A DNA stretch of 64,000 bases from Patescibacteria group bacterium (lineage in GTDB: Bacteria > Patescibacteriota > Patescibacteriia > UBA1558 > GWA2-36-10): positions 665,676 to 729,675 of the forward strand of contig JAHJQF010000001.1 of the NCBI GenBank assembly GCA_018819405.1, written 5' to 3'. The notes under the pieces are model-generated. The model saw only the letters and a list, made by a program, of their open reading frames with translations, did no database searches and was not told where the DNA came from. Shown one piece after another: positions 1 to 9,764 of the stretch (its first letter is position 1; every line of letters begins with the position of its first letter). The position numbers were made by a program, and so were the translations under genes.

Positions 1-2
1 AT

Positions 3-704
3 GAGACTGCCAACTGGCAGAAGGCCAGGGACATGGCGGCCATGCTCTCTGGTGGATGGCACCAGATTATCTCGGCCGGCAGTAATGGTATTGCCTCGGC
101 GGCGGCAGCTGGTGTGCGGCAGATTCATCAGGTGCCTGTGCCTGGTCAGTTTTCTCACCTCAGGGTGCTCACTGACATCGGGGACTCATCCAACTACTTC
201 CCCTCAGAATCCAACGAGAACGACTACTTCGGCAACCTGAGCAAACTGGTTATGTGTCCCGACATCTGGGTCTTCTTTCCTGGACAGGATGGTACGGCCC
301 AGCAGCTGACTTCTGTGCTGCATCTGTTGCGTAAGGGCGTATTGTCCTTGCACTACAAGTGGATTGTTATGATGGACTCGGAAAATCCTCTGATCAACTG
401 GGGTACTGCCTTTCTCAAGATGCGTGATTCCAAGATCAGCTGGATCGTGACCGATGACATTGGTCGCATTGAGGAGCTGATCGACGATATCGAGTTTCGG
501 GCGATGGATCTCATTGTCCGTGTCTGGCAGGACTCTCAGCTTGATGGTGTCATGACCAGCCGGGAGCTTCGGCAGCAGGTGATGATGGCCGATCCTCGGA
601 TGGGCTACGATCTCTGTGAACGGATGATCAACAAGGCCGCCAGTTACGGCGACATCAAGATCACCGACAAGAGACACGTCAAGTCGTGGCTCAGCATCAG
701 CTAG
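3..704 (+). CDS. Hypothetical protein in a GC-rich island. The reading frame is open to the window start, so the gene may be 5'-truncated.
   Basis: A 223-aa ORF (33..704) with its frame open back to nt 3. It ends immediately before a plus-strand hairpin followed by a T-run (705-770). The antisense ORF 204..677 is judged spurious. No family was recognised. Confidence 0.4.
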   Translation, partial: ETANWQKARDMAAMLSGGWHQIISAGSNGIASAAAAGVRQIHQVPVPGQFSHLRVLTDIGDSSNYFPSESNENDYFGNLSKLVMCPDIWVFFPGQDGTAQQLTSVLHLLRKGVLSLHYKWIVMMDSENPLINWGTAFLKMRDSKISWIVTDDIGRIEELIDDIEFRAMDLIVRVWQDSQLDGVMTSRELRQQVMMADPRMGYDLCERMINKAASYGDIKITDKRHVKSWLSIS

Positions 705-770
705 AGCCGCTGTGTCGGGGCCTCAACACACTACTGCGTGTGTCGGGGCCCTTTTTTATCTTGAGGACTT
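705..770 (+). terminator. Intrinsic terminator. Two copies of GTGTCGGGGCC form a GC stem followed by TTTTTT.
   Basis: The sequence reads gtgtcggggcctcaacacactactgcgtgtgtcggggcccttttttat. Confidence 0.5.
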
Positions 771-776
771 TGATTT

Positions 777-805
777 TTGACAAAAAATGTGATTTATTTT
801 AAGAT
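777..805 (+). promoter_or_regulatory. Sigma-70-like promoter, TTGACA-N17-TAAGAT, for the operon of three small genes.
   Basis: TTGACA lies at 777-782, a 17-nt spacer follows, and TAAGAT lies at 800-805. This is about 55 nt upstream of the SD-bearing start at 862. Confidence 0.4.
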
Positions 806-861
806 AGCAAGCTAATTGTTCCCTTTGTCATGAGTCCACAAATCCGACATGGAGGTGTAAA

Positions 862-1185
862 ATGGTGTCTTACAAAGTCAAGCTACAACACGGCAAAATT
901 ACAGCAGTTGAGTTCTGGGAAGAAGGGCTCAGAGCCAGGTTTTGCAAGATCATGATTGAGAAGCTCTCAGAAACACGCTATTACACTACTACCAACTGGC
1001 TTGGTCGTGGTCAGGGTGGTCTGAATGTGACCAAGAGCTTGGCCAAGGCCTTGGCTGGCTTGCCTGAGGACTTTCAGTCCAAGGTGGAGAGGGCTTTTCA
1101 GATGGAAAGCCTCACGCCAGCAGACATCTGGCATATCTTTCCTGGTGCTGAGGTGATTACCCCTATCAAAAAAGTAAGGAGCTAG
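862..1185 (+). CDS. Hypothetical small protein of 107 aa; first gene of a three-gene mini-operon in a GC-rich island.
   Basis: An SD of the form ggaggtgtaaaATGg precedes it. The next ORF starts 2 nt after its stop. No family was recognised. Confidence 0.4.
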   Translation: MVSYKVKLQHGKITAVEFWEEGLRARFCKIMIEKLSETRYYTTTNWLGRGQGGLNVTKSLAKALAGLPEDFQSKVERAFQMESLTPADIWHIFPGAEVITPIKKVRS

Positions 1186-1187
1186 TC

Positions 1188-1397
1188 ATGTCAGACATGG
1201 AGAAGCTAAAAGCCAAGATCATGGAGCTGGTCAGAGAAGGTGGTGTTAGCCATCGTTATACCCGCGATTTTCTAGTGGGACAGGTCGCTTGGCATGAACA
1301 TGTCAGCTACAAAGTGGCTGACGCGGCCTTTGGGCAGCTGGTCAGAGAAGGTGTCATCGCCTTTGGCGGTGAAGAAAGCATGGTTGTCATAGTCTAG
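1188..1397 (+). CDS. Hypothetical small protein, 69 aa.
   Basis: An SD of the form aaggagctagtcATG precedes it. It is tightly coupled to the flanking ORFs. Confidence 0.4.
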   Translation: MSDMEKLKAKIMELVREGGVSHRYTRDFLVGQVAWHEHVSYKVADAAFGQLVREGVIAFGGEESMVVIV

Positions 1398-1408
1398 GGA
1401 GGTCATGG

Positions 1409-1618
1409 ATGTACAGCACAGCTGAAGCGGCCAGACTCATCTTGCAACATATGCAGGAACAGTGTTTGCTCAAGTTTGAGCGTCGTGATCTGGTCATGTG
1501 GATGCGTACAGTTCACAGCAGTCAGTGTAACGACTGCATTTCTGAAGAAGCCATTGACATGTTGGCGGCCGAAGGTACTGTTGAATCGCTAGGTGATATC
1601 ATAGTATTGGAAAACTGA
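1409..1618 (+). CDS. Hypothetical small protein, 69 aa.
   Basis: An SD of the form gggaggtcatggATG precedes it. It is the last gene of the mini-operon, which is followed by a cluster of hairpins. Confidence 0.4.
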   Translation: MYSTAEAARLILQHMQEQCLLKFERRDLVMWMRTVHSSQCNDCISEEAIDMLAAEGTVESLGDIIVLEN

Positions 1619-1700
1619 AGCAGACTGATCTAAATAAAACAGGTGATCGTCAATTGTCATCTAGGCTAGAGCAGGCTGTATAGGCCTAGGAAGAAAAGCG

Positions 1701-1893
1701 AAAAAGGAGCATAGGCTATCATAGCAGGCTCCTTTTTCTTTTGTTTTCTTTTGCCACTTTTTGGCAGCAAAAAGTGGCGCAAAAACTGCCTCACAGTAGA
1801 AAAATTTTGGAATTTGTTGCTACTAGTCGCTATTTTTGTGAACTCGCCCTCGCTACGCTCGTAGCTCAAACAACACAAAAATAGCCGCGACTA
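1701..1893. other. Cluster of three GC-clamped hairpins (bidirectional terminator-like) at the junction between the 5' GC-rich island and the AT-rich backbone.
   Basis: The first is aaaaaggagc..gctccttttt at 1703-1740. The second is gccactttttggcagcaaaaagtggcgc at 1753-1780. The third is agtcgctatttttgtg..cacaaaaatagccgcgact at 1826-1893. Confidence 0.45.
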
Positions 1894-1930
1894 TCCGCGG
1901 CCAAATTCTGGCAATTTTTCTAAAGTTCGG

Positions 1931-2578
1931 TTATTTATTAAGCATTTTATCTACTATATAGGCGTTATTTTCTAGGATTTCTTTAATGTACTCTTTTTCA
2001 TTTTCGTTTAATTCTTTCTTTAATAAGGCAAACATAGTCTTAGTTTTAGCTTGATATCTGTACCACAACCATTCTTCTTTTTGTGCAGCTAGATTTTTAC
2101 TTGTATATTTTATATTTATTATAAAAAACAAATCTCCTGATGCAACTTCACGGTTTCTTTTAAAATGAGCAGCTCCAATATTATTGATACTTTCTTGATA
2201 CATACTATTTACTAAAGAGTCTTCATATAGTTTGTTAGTTGTAAATGCAGAATTATCAATTTCTTTATTTAAAGTGGTAGTATATAAGGAGAATGATATA
2301 TTTGTGGCCTGATCATGACCTATATTTTTTAGGAAAAAATTCACGTCCATATTCTCAAAATTATTATCTTCTTCGTTATCGGATAATTCTATGGATGGTG
2401 TAAGTAATACTAAGTTAGCTTCATTTAGAGGGTTGAGTTTTGACGACCAGTATATAGAATAGATAGAAGTGCCTATAGAAACTATTAAAGCAAATATAGA
2501 TATTCCTATAGATATTCCTATAGGTAATTTACTGTTTTTTGGCCAATTGATGATTTTGATTTTTTTAGGTAAATCCAT
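1931..2578 (-). CDS. Hypothetical membrane-anchored protein (N-terminal transmembrane segment), AT-rich backbone.
   Basis: A 215-aa ORF with a hydrophobic N-terminus (ISIGISIFALIVSIGTSIYSIYW). It lies directly downstream of the PEGA-domain gene on the same strand. Confidence 0.45.
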   Translation of the reverse strand: MDLPKKIKIINWPKNSKLPIGISIGISIFALIVSIGTSIYSIYWSSKLNPLNEANLVLLTPSIELSDNEEDNNFENMDVNFFLKNIGHDQATNISFSLYTTTLNKEIDNSAFTTNKLYEDSLVNSMYQESINNIGAAHFKRNREVASGDLFFIINIKYTSKNLAAQKEEWLWYRYQAKTKTMFALLKKELNENEKEYIKEILENNAYIVDKMLNK

Positions 2579-2580
2579 TT

Positions 2581-3873
2581 TTATTGTATAGTCAAATAAA
2601 AATTTTCTTCGGGAGTGAGAATAAAAAGTCTATCTCCTTTTTTGTTGAACAAATACATTTTCTTGCGGGGATTTTCCAAAAGATTGATGGTATTACGCTG
2701 GTCACGTCCGTCTATTTCAATCAGATTGGTGCGATCATTTATCTCAGAGATAAAATAACTACCATTGGGATGCCACATAATCTCCGAAACTAGATTGGAA
2801 GACCTATCAATCAGGCTTTGCCACTGATTTTTGTAATCAAAAAGGATTATTTCATGACCATTCGAAAGAAGTAGTCTCTCGTCGTGAAGCTCTGCCAAAG
2901 TCACTGGGATAGTGACCAGATCCTGAAAAGTATTTTTTATGTATAGCTTGGAGCCCATCAAGAAAATAAGATAATTATTGTCTGCTAGTAGGATTCTCAA
3001 ATTTCCGATACTGGCATCATTGATAAATTGTTTTGATTCTAGGGTGTAGCGGTCAAACTGCTCTATATAATTTTCTTTATCCAGAGTGTACTGGACAATC
3101 AGCCAGTTGCCTTCTATATCAAAGTCATTTATAGATTGATCAATTTCCAAGAGCTTATCAGGATAAGCAGAAGAGTCCCAAGGCTCTCGTCTTTCTTTTC
3201 GGTATAGTTTATTATCTTTGAGATATATAAAGGTAGAAGAATTTTCTTCCCAAAGTATTTTTTGGATTTTGTCCAAGAGCAGAGGAGTTAGAGTTTTTTG
3301 GTTGATATCAAAATAAAAATATTCGCTTTGATTTTTTAAAAGCATCATTTGATTGTCAGCTGACCAGTCTACTAGGTCAAAGTCTTCTTCCAGATTGAAG
3401 ACATCAAATTTTTTACCTTGCTCTACATCAGTAATTATCAATTTATTTTCGTCAATATAAGCGTATTGATATTTTTGTTTGTTTATCAAAAATCTGTCAC
3501 TGCCCTGACCCAAAAGAGTTTTTTCTCTGTTTTCCAAAAATAAAACAATATCTTCGGCAAAAGTAGTCTCGCCTGAGGAGACGTCAAGATTTTTTTGCCA
3601 ACTAACATATTTATTTTTACTGACCACTATTTTGTGTTTGCCTGGTTTTATGTTGAGCACCTGACTGGGGGTTTGACGTTTACTTTTTTGGTCATCCACA
3701 TAGATATCAGCCCCTCGGGGGTATGACTTAATATAAAAAGCGCCATTTTTTTCAATATTGCCAGTATCAAAATCATAGCGATAACCTAAAGAATAGACCG
3801 TTAGTAATGGGGCTATTATAAAAAATAAGAGAAAAAAGAAAGAATATGTAAGTCTACGCAGTGTTTTTTCCAT
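2581..3873 (-). CDS. Membrane-anchored PEGA-domain protein with a C-terminal beta-rich domain.
   Basis: There is an N-terminal transmembrane segment. The stretch FYIKSYPRGADIYVDDQKSKRQTPSQVLNIKPGKHKIVVSKNKYVSWQK matches the PEGA domain pattern. Confidence 0.55.
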   Translation of the reverse strand: MEKTLRRLTYSFFFLLFFIIAPLLTVYSLGYRYDFDTGNIEKNGAFYIKSYPRGADIYVDDQKSKRQTPSQVLNIKPGKHKIVVSKNKYVSWQKNLDVSSGETTFAEDIVLFLENREKTLLGQGSDRFLINKQKYQYAYIDENKLIITDVEQGKKFDVFNLEEDFDLVDWSADNQMMLLKNQSEYFYFDINQKTLTPLLLDKIQKILWEENSSTFIYLKDNKLYRKERREPWDSSAYPDKLLEIDQSINDFDIEGNWLIVQYTLDKENYIEQFDRYTLESKQFINDASIGNLRILLADNNYLIFLMGSKLYIKNTFQDLVTIPVTLAELHDERLLLSNGHEIILFDYKNQWQSLIDRSSNLVSEIMWHPNGSYFISEINDRTNLIEIDGRDQRNTINLLENPRKKMYLFNKKGDRLFILTPEENFYLTIQ

Positions 3874-4032
3874 CCCGTATAGAAATTAATTAATTAGTTT
3901 TTTTGTAAAAATTTTAGCTAATTTTTGACTTTGTCCCTTAGAATTATGATAGTGAATCTATAATGAGACACGCCTTGTTATAAATCCGGTTTTGAGGTAT
4001 TATTTATATTGTAAATTTAATATTACTATACT

Positions 4033-5340
4033 ATGTCTAGTTTTATTATTCAAGGTGGAAAAAGCCTAGGAGGATCAATCAAAGTAGCAGGTTTTAAAAA
4101 TGCTGCTACTCCTATTATTGCCGCTTGTTTGTTGTCCAAAGAAGAAATCACATTACACAATGTGCCGCTTATTGAAGATGTCAAAAGAATGATCCAGATT
4201 TTGGTCTCTATGGGAGCTAAAGTCACTTGGAGTGACAAAAATAGCGTCAAGATTAATTGTGCGGATGTTGATCCATCTAAAATGGATATGAAACTGGTCT
4301 CTACTATGAGATCCTCCACACTACTTATGGGAGCATTAGTCGGCCGCTTTGGAAAACTGACTACCAAAGAGCCGGGCGGATGCAACATTGGGTCTCGTCC
4401 TTTGGACGCCCATTTTTTGGGTTTTAGTAAATTAGGTATTGATGTGATCAGAGACAAAGAAGATGACCGTTTTTATACTTTAGAAAAAAAACGTCCAGCG
4501 GAAGAAGAAATCACTTTGAGTGAATTTTCTGTGACCGGTACTGAAAATATGATTTTGGCTTCGGTATTAAACCAAGGCAAAGTACAAATAAATATTGCTG
4601 CGGCTGAGCCTTCAGTCCAGGATTTGTGCTGGTTTTTGCAATCAATGGGGGCAGATATAGAAGGTGTGGGCACTCATACTTTGGTTATACAAGGGGTCAA
4701 AAAGCTCAAAGGCGCCGAATATTACGTAATGCCAGATCCGATTGAGACCGGTACTTTTATATCACTAGCTGGTGCTACCCGTTCTAAGTTTGTCATAGAA
4801 AATGTGGCTCCTGATTTTATTGCTTTGGAAATTGAAAAATATCGTGAAGTTGGTTTGAAGATGGATATTAAATATATTGACCTAAAACCAAACGGTAAAT
4901 ATAGACTGGCCAATATTACGGTGGACGGCAAAGTAGAGCTAAAAGCTATCAAAAAGCTTCATGACATGCCTCATCCAGGCTTTGCCCCAGATCTTATCCA
5001 GCCTTTTACAGTTATGATGACTCAGGCTCAGGGCACTTCATTGATACATGATTGGATGTATGACGGAAGGCTCAAGTATATAGCCGAGCTCAAAAAAATG
5101 GGAGCTAATATTGTCGTGTCTGATCCCCACAGGATAGTAGTGATAGGTCCTTCGCCTTTGTTTGGTAAGGAAATAACCAGTTTTGATTTACGAGCTGGAG
5201 CAACACTTATTATTGCCGCTTTATCAGCTTCGGGAGAATCCAAACTAACTAATATCTATCAGGTAGATAGAGGATACGAAATGCTTGATAATCGTTTGTC
5301 ACAATTGGGAGCCAAAATACAAAGAGTTGACCAAGATTAA
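4033..5340 (+). CDS. murA: UDP-N-acetylglucosamine 1-carboxyvinyltransferase.
   Basis: The N-terminus IQGGKSLGGSIKVAGFKNAATPIIAACLL is typical, and the catalytic Cys loop GGCNIGSRPLD is present. A length of 435 aa fits the EPSP-synthase fold. Confidence 0.9.
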   Translation: MSSFIIQGGKSLGGSIKVAGFKNAATPIIAACLLSKEEITLHNVPLIEDVKRMIQILVSMGAKVTWSDKNSVKINCADVDPSKMDMKLVSTMRSSTLLMGALVGRFGKLTTKEPGGCNIGSRPLDAHFLGFSKLGIDVIRDKEDDRFYTLEKKRPAEEEITLSEFSVTGTENMILASVLNQGKVQINIAAAEPSVQDLCWFLQSMGADIEGVGTHTLVIQGVKKLKGAEYYVMPDPIETGTFISLAGATRSKFVIENVAPDFIALEIEKYREVGLKMDIKYIDLKPNGKYRLANITVDGKVELKAIKKLHDMPHPGFAPDLIQPFTVMMTQAQGTSLIHDWMYDGRLKYIAELKKMGANIVVSDPHRIVVIGPSPLFGKEITSFDLRAGATLIIAALSASGESKLTNIYQVDRGYEMLDNRLSQLGAKIQRVDQD

Positions 5341-5361
5341 GAATTTAAAAATATAAAATAT

Positions 5362-6636
5362 ATGGACCAATTTAGCACTGGTAATCAGTTTTCGGTTGAA
5401 AAAAAGAAATCTTTATGGATTAAATTAGCCAAAATATATGCTCTTGCCTTATTTATTCTGGCTATTTTTATTTTTGGCTTAGCCTTGGGCAAAAGCACTA
5501 GTCAGTCTCCTAAAGATTCAGGTCAAGTACTCAAATATACAGCCAATGAATTAAAAAATATATTTTCAGATAACAATAATGATATAGATGTAGAACTATT
5601 TTCTGAGGTTTGGAATATTATACACAATGATTATTTGGATAAAAATCAGATAAATGATAAAGATTTATTTTATGGAGCATTAGCTGGCATGGTAGATAGT
5701 TTGGGTGATCCTCATTCTACATTTTTTGATCCCAAAATCACTCGTGAGTTTTCTCAGGAGCTTGAGGGTAGTTTTTATGGCATTGGTGCTGAGATAGGAC
5801 GAAAAAATGGTTGGATTGTAGTAGTAGCGCCGCTACCAAACACACCAGCTGATAACGCTGGTTTAAAAGCGGGAGACAAAATATTGGCTATTGATGGCAT
5901 TGATGCTACTACCATATCAGTAGATAAGGCAGTCAGTCTCATTAGAGGAGACAAAGGTAAAGAAGTAATATTGACTATTTATTCTGAAGATGATGAGGCA
6001 GCTCGTGAGGTGTCTATCATCAGAGATAAGATTGATATACCAAGCGTGGTTTACAAACTGGAAAATAATATTGCTATTGTAGAATTGACCAATTTTAATG
6101 ATGATACTGATAAGCGTTTTTCCAAAGTAGCTCAACAGATAATCAATGATAATCCAAAAGGAATAATTTTGGATATGAGGAACAATCCAGGGGGCTATTT
6201 GGCAACCTCTGTGTCCATTGCCAGTTATTGGCTGGAGCCAGGTCAAGTTGTGGTCCGAGAATCTTTTTCTGACAAGAGAAAAGACAATGATTATAAAGCA
6301 GAAAATGCTATTAGTCTGGCTCAGTTTAAGACCGTGGTACTAGTCAACGAAGGCTCAGCTTCAGCTTCGGAAATTGTTGCCGGCGCACTTCAGGATTATG
6401 GTATAGCTAAAGTGGTGGGTATGACTACTTTTGGTAAGGGTTCAGTCCAGGAGCTGGTAAGCCTGTCAGATAACTCATCAGTCAAAATTACAGTTGCCCG
6501 TTGGCTGACACCAAATGGACGGACTATAGAAGGTCAAGGAGTGGTGCCAGATGTGGAAATAGATTTGACTACTGATGATTACAACAACGACCTTGATCCA
6601 CAGTTAGACAAGGCCAAAGAAATGATTTTTGAATAA
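5362..6636 (+). CDS. ctpA: Carboxyl-terminal processing protease (S41 family) with a PDZ domain.
   Basis: An N-terminal transmembrane segment is followed by a PDZ stretch (GLKAGDKILAIDG) and the S41 motif ILDMRNNPGGYL. Confidence 0.85.
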   Translation: MDQFSTGNQFSVEKKKSLWIKLAKIYALALFILAIFIFGLALGKSTSQSPKDSGQVLKYTANELKNIFSDNNNDIDVELFSEVWNIIHNDYLDKNQINDKDLFYGALAGMVDSLGDPHSTFFDPKITREFSQELEGSFYGIGAEIGRKNGWIVVVAPLPNTPADNAGLKAGDKILAIDGIDATTISVDKAVSLIRGDKGKEVILTIYSEDDEAAREVSIIRDKIDIPSVVYKLENNIAIVELTNFNDDTDKRFSKVAQQIINDNPKGIILDMRNNPGGYLATSVSIASYWLEPGQVVVRESFSDKRKDNDYKAENAISLAQFKTVVLVNEGSASASEIVAGALQDYGIAKVVGMTTFGKGSVQELVSLSDNSSVKITVARWLTPNGRTIEGQGVVPDVEIDLTTDDYNNDLDPQLDKAKEMIFE

Positions 6637-6638
6637 CA

Positions 6639-7088
6639 ATGAAAGTAGTATTAATTGAAAATATAAATTCTCTGGGCAAGAAAGGGGATATAAAAGATGT
6701 GTCCGATGGTTATGCGGCCAATTTTTTGTTGCCACATGGCCTGGTAGTTTTGGCTACCAGTGAAAATATCGCCAAGTGGCAGGCTCAGGAAAAACAAATT
6801 CAGCAAAATACAGATTTGCGTCAGGAAAATTATGATAAGATTGCCAAGACTCTCAACAAACAAAGTTTGACTTTTGCGGGTAAAGTATCGGAAAAAGATA
6901 TATTATTTCAAGGGATATCACCCAAGGACATCGTCACAAGTATCAAGGAAAAATTTAATCTTGATATCAATGAAAAATGGTTTGTAAAATCAGAACATTT
7001 CAAAACGACAGGTAGGCATTCTGTTTTTTTGAGACTACCAAACAATAAATTAATTAGTTTTTTTATTAATATTAACCCCGTTAAATAA
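6639..7088 (+). CDS. rplI: 50S ribosomal protein L9.
   Basis: MKVVLIENINSLGKKGDIKDVSDGYAANFLLPHGLVVLAT matches the L9 N-domain. Length is 149 aa. Confidence 0.9.
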   Translation: MKVVLIENINSLGKKGDIKDVSDGYAANFLLPHGLVVLATSENIAKWQAQEKQIQQNTDLRQENYDKIAKTLNKQSLTFAGKVSEKDILFQGISPKDIVTSIKEKFNLDINEKWFVKSEHFKTTGRHSVFLRLPNNKLISFFININPVK

Positions 7089-7208
7089 TAAATAGCTATG
7101 GCTATTTATTAAATTTAATTTATATTTGTGATTAGAGAGAATATGATTTATAATTTTATATATTCAATTAATTATAATTTCCCGTTATTAAATTTATTTA
7201 ACGGGGTT
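7074..7208 (+). repeat. Long-range inverted repeat bridging the rplI stop codon and the pyrG start codon. It is a variant of the stop/start stem-loop family.
   Basis: AACCCCGTTAAATAA at 7074-7088 includes the rplI stop TAA. It is perfectly complementary to TTATTTAACGGGGTT at 7194-7208, which lies 17 nt before the pyrG ATG. The loop holds a nested CCCGTTA..TAACGGG mini-hairpin. Confidence 0.5.
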
Positions 7209-7225
7209 AACGCAGCATAGTCAAT

Positions 7226-8833
7226 ATGGCCAAAACAAAATACATTTTCATAACCGGCGGTGTTTGCTCAGGATTGGGTAAGGGGATTGCTTCTGCCTCA
7301 ATTGGGGCAATACTCAAGTCAGCCGGTTATTCTGTTTTTACCAGCAAGCTTGATCCTTATCTTAATATTGATCCGGGTACCATGAGTCCTTATCAGCATG
7401 GGGAAGTATTTGTGACAGACGATGGTACAGAGACTGATCTTGATTTGGGTCACTATGAGAGATTTATAGATACGTCTCTCTCCAAGCTTTCCAATCTGAC
7501 AACTGGTCGGGTCTATGAAAAAGTGTTGCAAGGTGAAAGAAGTGGTACTTATCTTGGCAAAACCATACAGATTGTGCCGCACATTACCAATGAAATAAAA
7601 GATTATATCAGAAGGGCCGCTACAGAATCCAAAGCTGATTTTTTGTTGACCGAAATTGGTGGTACAGTCGGAGACATTGAAGGTGAGCCTTTTTTGGAAG
7701 CTTTGCGTCAGTTTCACAATGAAATGGGTGATGAAAATGTCATGTTTGTGCATTTGACACTTTTGCCATATCTGACAGCTTCAATGGAACTCAAGACCAA
7801 ACCAACTCAAATGTCTGTCAGAGAATTACACCGTCGGGGTATTCAGCCGGATATTATATTAGCTAGAAGTGATCTCAAAATTGGTCAAGATGAACTGTAT
7901 AAAATTGCTATGTTTGCTGATATTGATCCCAAAGCGGTCATACCAGCGCTGACAGTCAGTAGCATCTATGAAGTACCGCTCAATTTTGAAAAACATGGTC
8001 ACATCTCTGATATAATTTTCAAAAAAATGAATTTGCCAAAGAGAAAACCAAAGCTAGACGATTGGGAGGCACTTATCAAGCGTATCAAAACTACCAAAAA
8101 GAAATTGCCTATTGCCCTGGTCGGCAAGTACAACGAAAATATAGATGCTTATATCAGTGTGATAGAAGCTATCAAATCAGCCTGTTATCACAATGGTGTC
8201 AAATTAGATTTGGTTTGGATTCATTCCGGTAAGTTGGAAAAAGGTGACAAAAAAGAATACGACAAACTCAAAAAAGTAAAAGGTATTATTGTACCAGGTG
8301 GTTTTGGTCATCGTGGAGTAGAAGGCAAAATTATGGCTGCTAAATATGCCCGTGAAAACAAAAAACCCTATCTTGGTCTTTGTCTTGGTATGCAGGTAGC
8401 TACTATTGAATTTGCTCGCCATGTCTTGGGCACCAAAGATGCTAATAGTACTGAGTTTGACAAAAATACCAAAAATCCAGTTATACACATATTGCCAGGG
8501 CACACTGAAGACGAAGACAAAGGTGGCACCCTGAGACTCGGTGCTTATCCTTGTGTCTTGGATAAAGATTCGCTGAGCTACAAAGCTTATGGGGAGACTA
8601 AGATTTCCGAGCGTCATCGCCATCGTTATGAATTCAACAATGATTATCTAGAAGTACTGGAAAAAGCTGGTATGAGATTTGCTGGTATGAGTCCAGATGG
8701 CAAGCTGGTAGAAATCATAGAATACAAAGACCATCCATATTTTGTGGCATCTCAATTTCATCCGGAATTTAAATCCCGACCACTAAGACCACATCCACTA
8801 TTTCGAGATTTTATTAAAGCAGCTGTAAAATAA
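7226..8833 (+). CDS. pyrG: CTP synthase.
   Basis: The N-terminus KYIFITGGVCSGLGKGIASASIGAILK and the motif DPYLNIDPGTMSPYQHGEVFVTDDG match CTP synthase. The glutamine amidotransferase motif GLCLGMQ is present. Confidence 0.95.
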   Translation: MAKTKYIFITGGVCSGLGKGIASASIGAILKSAGYSVFTSKLDPYLNIDPGTMSPYQHGEVFVTDDGTETDLDLGHYERFIDTSLSKLSNLTTGRVYEKVLQGERSGTYLGKTIQIVPHITNEIKDYIRRAATESKADFLLTEIGGTVGDIEGEPFLEALRQFHNEMGDENVMFVHLTLLPYLTASMELKTKPTQMSVRELHRRGIQPDIILARSDLKIGQDELYKIAMFADIDPKAVIPALTVSSIYEVPLNFEKHGHISDIIFKKMNLPKRKPKLDDWEALIKRIKTTKKKLPIALVGKYNENIDAYISVIEAIKSACYHNGVKLDLVWIHSGKLEKGDKKEYDKLKKVKGIIVPGGFGHRGVEGKIMAAKYARENKKPYLGLCLGMQVATIEFARHVLGTKDANSTEFDKNTKNPVIHILPGHTEDEDKGGTLRLGAYPCVLDKDSLSYKAYGETKISERHRHRYEFNNDYLEVLEKAGMRFAGMSPDGKLVEIIEYKDHPYFVASQFHPEFKSRPLRPHPLFRDFIKAAVK

Positions 8834-8839
8834 ATTTAA

Positions 8840-8880
8840 AAACAACCCTGCACCATCACGGTGCAGGGTCGTTTTTATTT
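8840..8880 (+). terminator. Intrinsic terminator of pyrG.
   Basis: The hairpin ccctgcaccatcacggtgcaggg is followed by tcgtttttatttt. Confidence 0.6.
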
Positions 8881-8976
8881 TGGATAAAAATTGACAAAAG
8901 AAAACGGGTCGGGAATCGTGTGATTCCCGACCCGCAAGCGGACGTTTAGTCCATGAGTGTGGTCACATCATGTGGT

Positions 8977-9597
8977 TTATCTCATTATAAACCACATGAC
9001 AGTGACTATTGCCCAAGTGATGACATTGCCTAGCTCGCCAATAAATAGTCCTTTGGTACTCCTATCCCAACCTCCTTGGTGGGCGTTTATCCAGACTTGT
9101 AAAAATCTGGGGAAAGAAGTGATGTGACTGGCTATCAGAGAAACAGTGGGTAGACCTTCGGAACTACCGGCTTGGTAGATGACATAGGCCATCCATAGTT
9201 GAGGGATGCCTTTGCACCACATCGACAAAAAACCTTTGGCAACATCATCTTTATAACTGCCAAATTTGTAGATGGTTGTCATAGATAGTCCAGAGACTAA
9301 TATGACAACTATTGTGTCTCCGTGTTGCCAGCGAATAGATCGTATTCCGATGATAAACAATCAGGTAAAAATGGCGATAAATTGAATAAAAATACTGATG
9401 ATTCGGCGCCGATCTACCGTGGGATTGTTACGGTAGGAAGACACAGACAGAACTAGGCTAAAACACAGGTAGGCGACAAATAGCAGCCACAAGGCTAGGG
9501 TCAGCCCTTTTGTATGACCACTAAAGACCTGTATAGTCTGAAACAGAGCATAGGTCCAAGCCGCAATGACTTGGATCCAAAAGAGGATTCTAGTCAT
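8977..9597 (-). pseudogene. Small polytopic membrane protein (PQ-loop/SemiSWEET-like?) split by an in-frame TGA at 9361-9363. Either a pseudogene or a read-through gene.
   Basis: The 78-aa ORF (9361..9597) and the 127-aa ORF (8977..9360, TTG start) are contiguous and in frame, separated only by TGA. Together they give about 205 aa with multiple hydrophobic helices and a PQ dipeptide (KGIPQLWMAY). An SD (agaaaggccaaagtcATG) and a dedicated promoter lie upstream, and a hairpin plus T-run terminator lies downstream. Confidence 0.4.
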
Positions 9598-9646
9598 GAC
9601 TTTGGCCTTTCTCTTTGAGTTGGTAATGAAACAAAACGGACTAGCG

Positions 9647-9675
9647 ACTATATCATATTTTGTCTATTTTGTCAA
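9647..9675 (-). promoter_or_regulatory. Consensus sigma-70 promoter, TTGACA-N17-TATAGT, reading leftward into the membrane-protein gene.
   Basis: The reverse complement is TTGACA AAATAGACAAAATATGA TATAGT. The first 19 nt (TTGACAAAATAGACAAAAT) are duplicated at 10497-10515. Confidence 0.55.
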
Positions 9676-9764
9676 TGATAAATAATATAAAAAGAAAAAC
9701 CGTCTTGTATGAACAAGATGGTTTTTCTTGTTCACAACGACGGTTGGTGAGAGATCTACTTGGG

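Noticed and set aside
204-677. The minus-strand 157-aa ORF and the 1..240 plus ORF in the first island.
   Set aside because: They are antisense or out-of-frame overlaps of the 3..704 plus ORF, which alone ends at a same-strand terminator.
4050-8623. Numerous antisense ORFs inside murA, ctpA, pyrG, mreB, recJ and other genes (for example 4050..4457-, 5917..6246-, 7319..7753-, 31688..32053-).
   Set aside because: They lie entirely within well-supported conserved genes on the opposite strand and are low-complexity. None was retained.
9361-9363. The in-frame TGA as evidence of an alternative genetic code (UGA read as Gly or Trp).
   Set aside because: Several backbone genes clearly terminate with TGA, for example pduL at 22144-22146 and the glycosyltransferase at 42909-42911. 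Homologous proteins do not run on past TGA elsewhere, so the standard code fits. The single in-frame TGA is better explained as read-through, recoding or a pseudogene.
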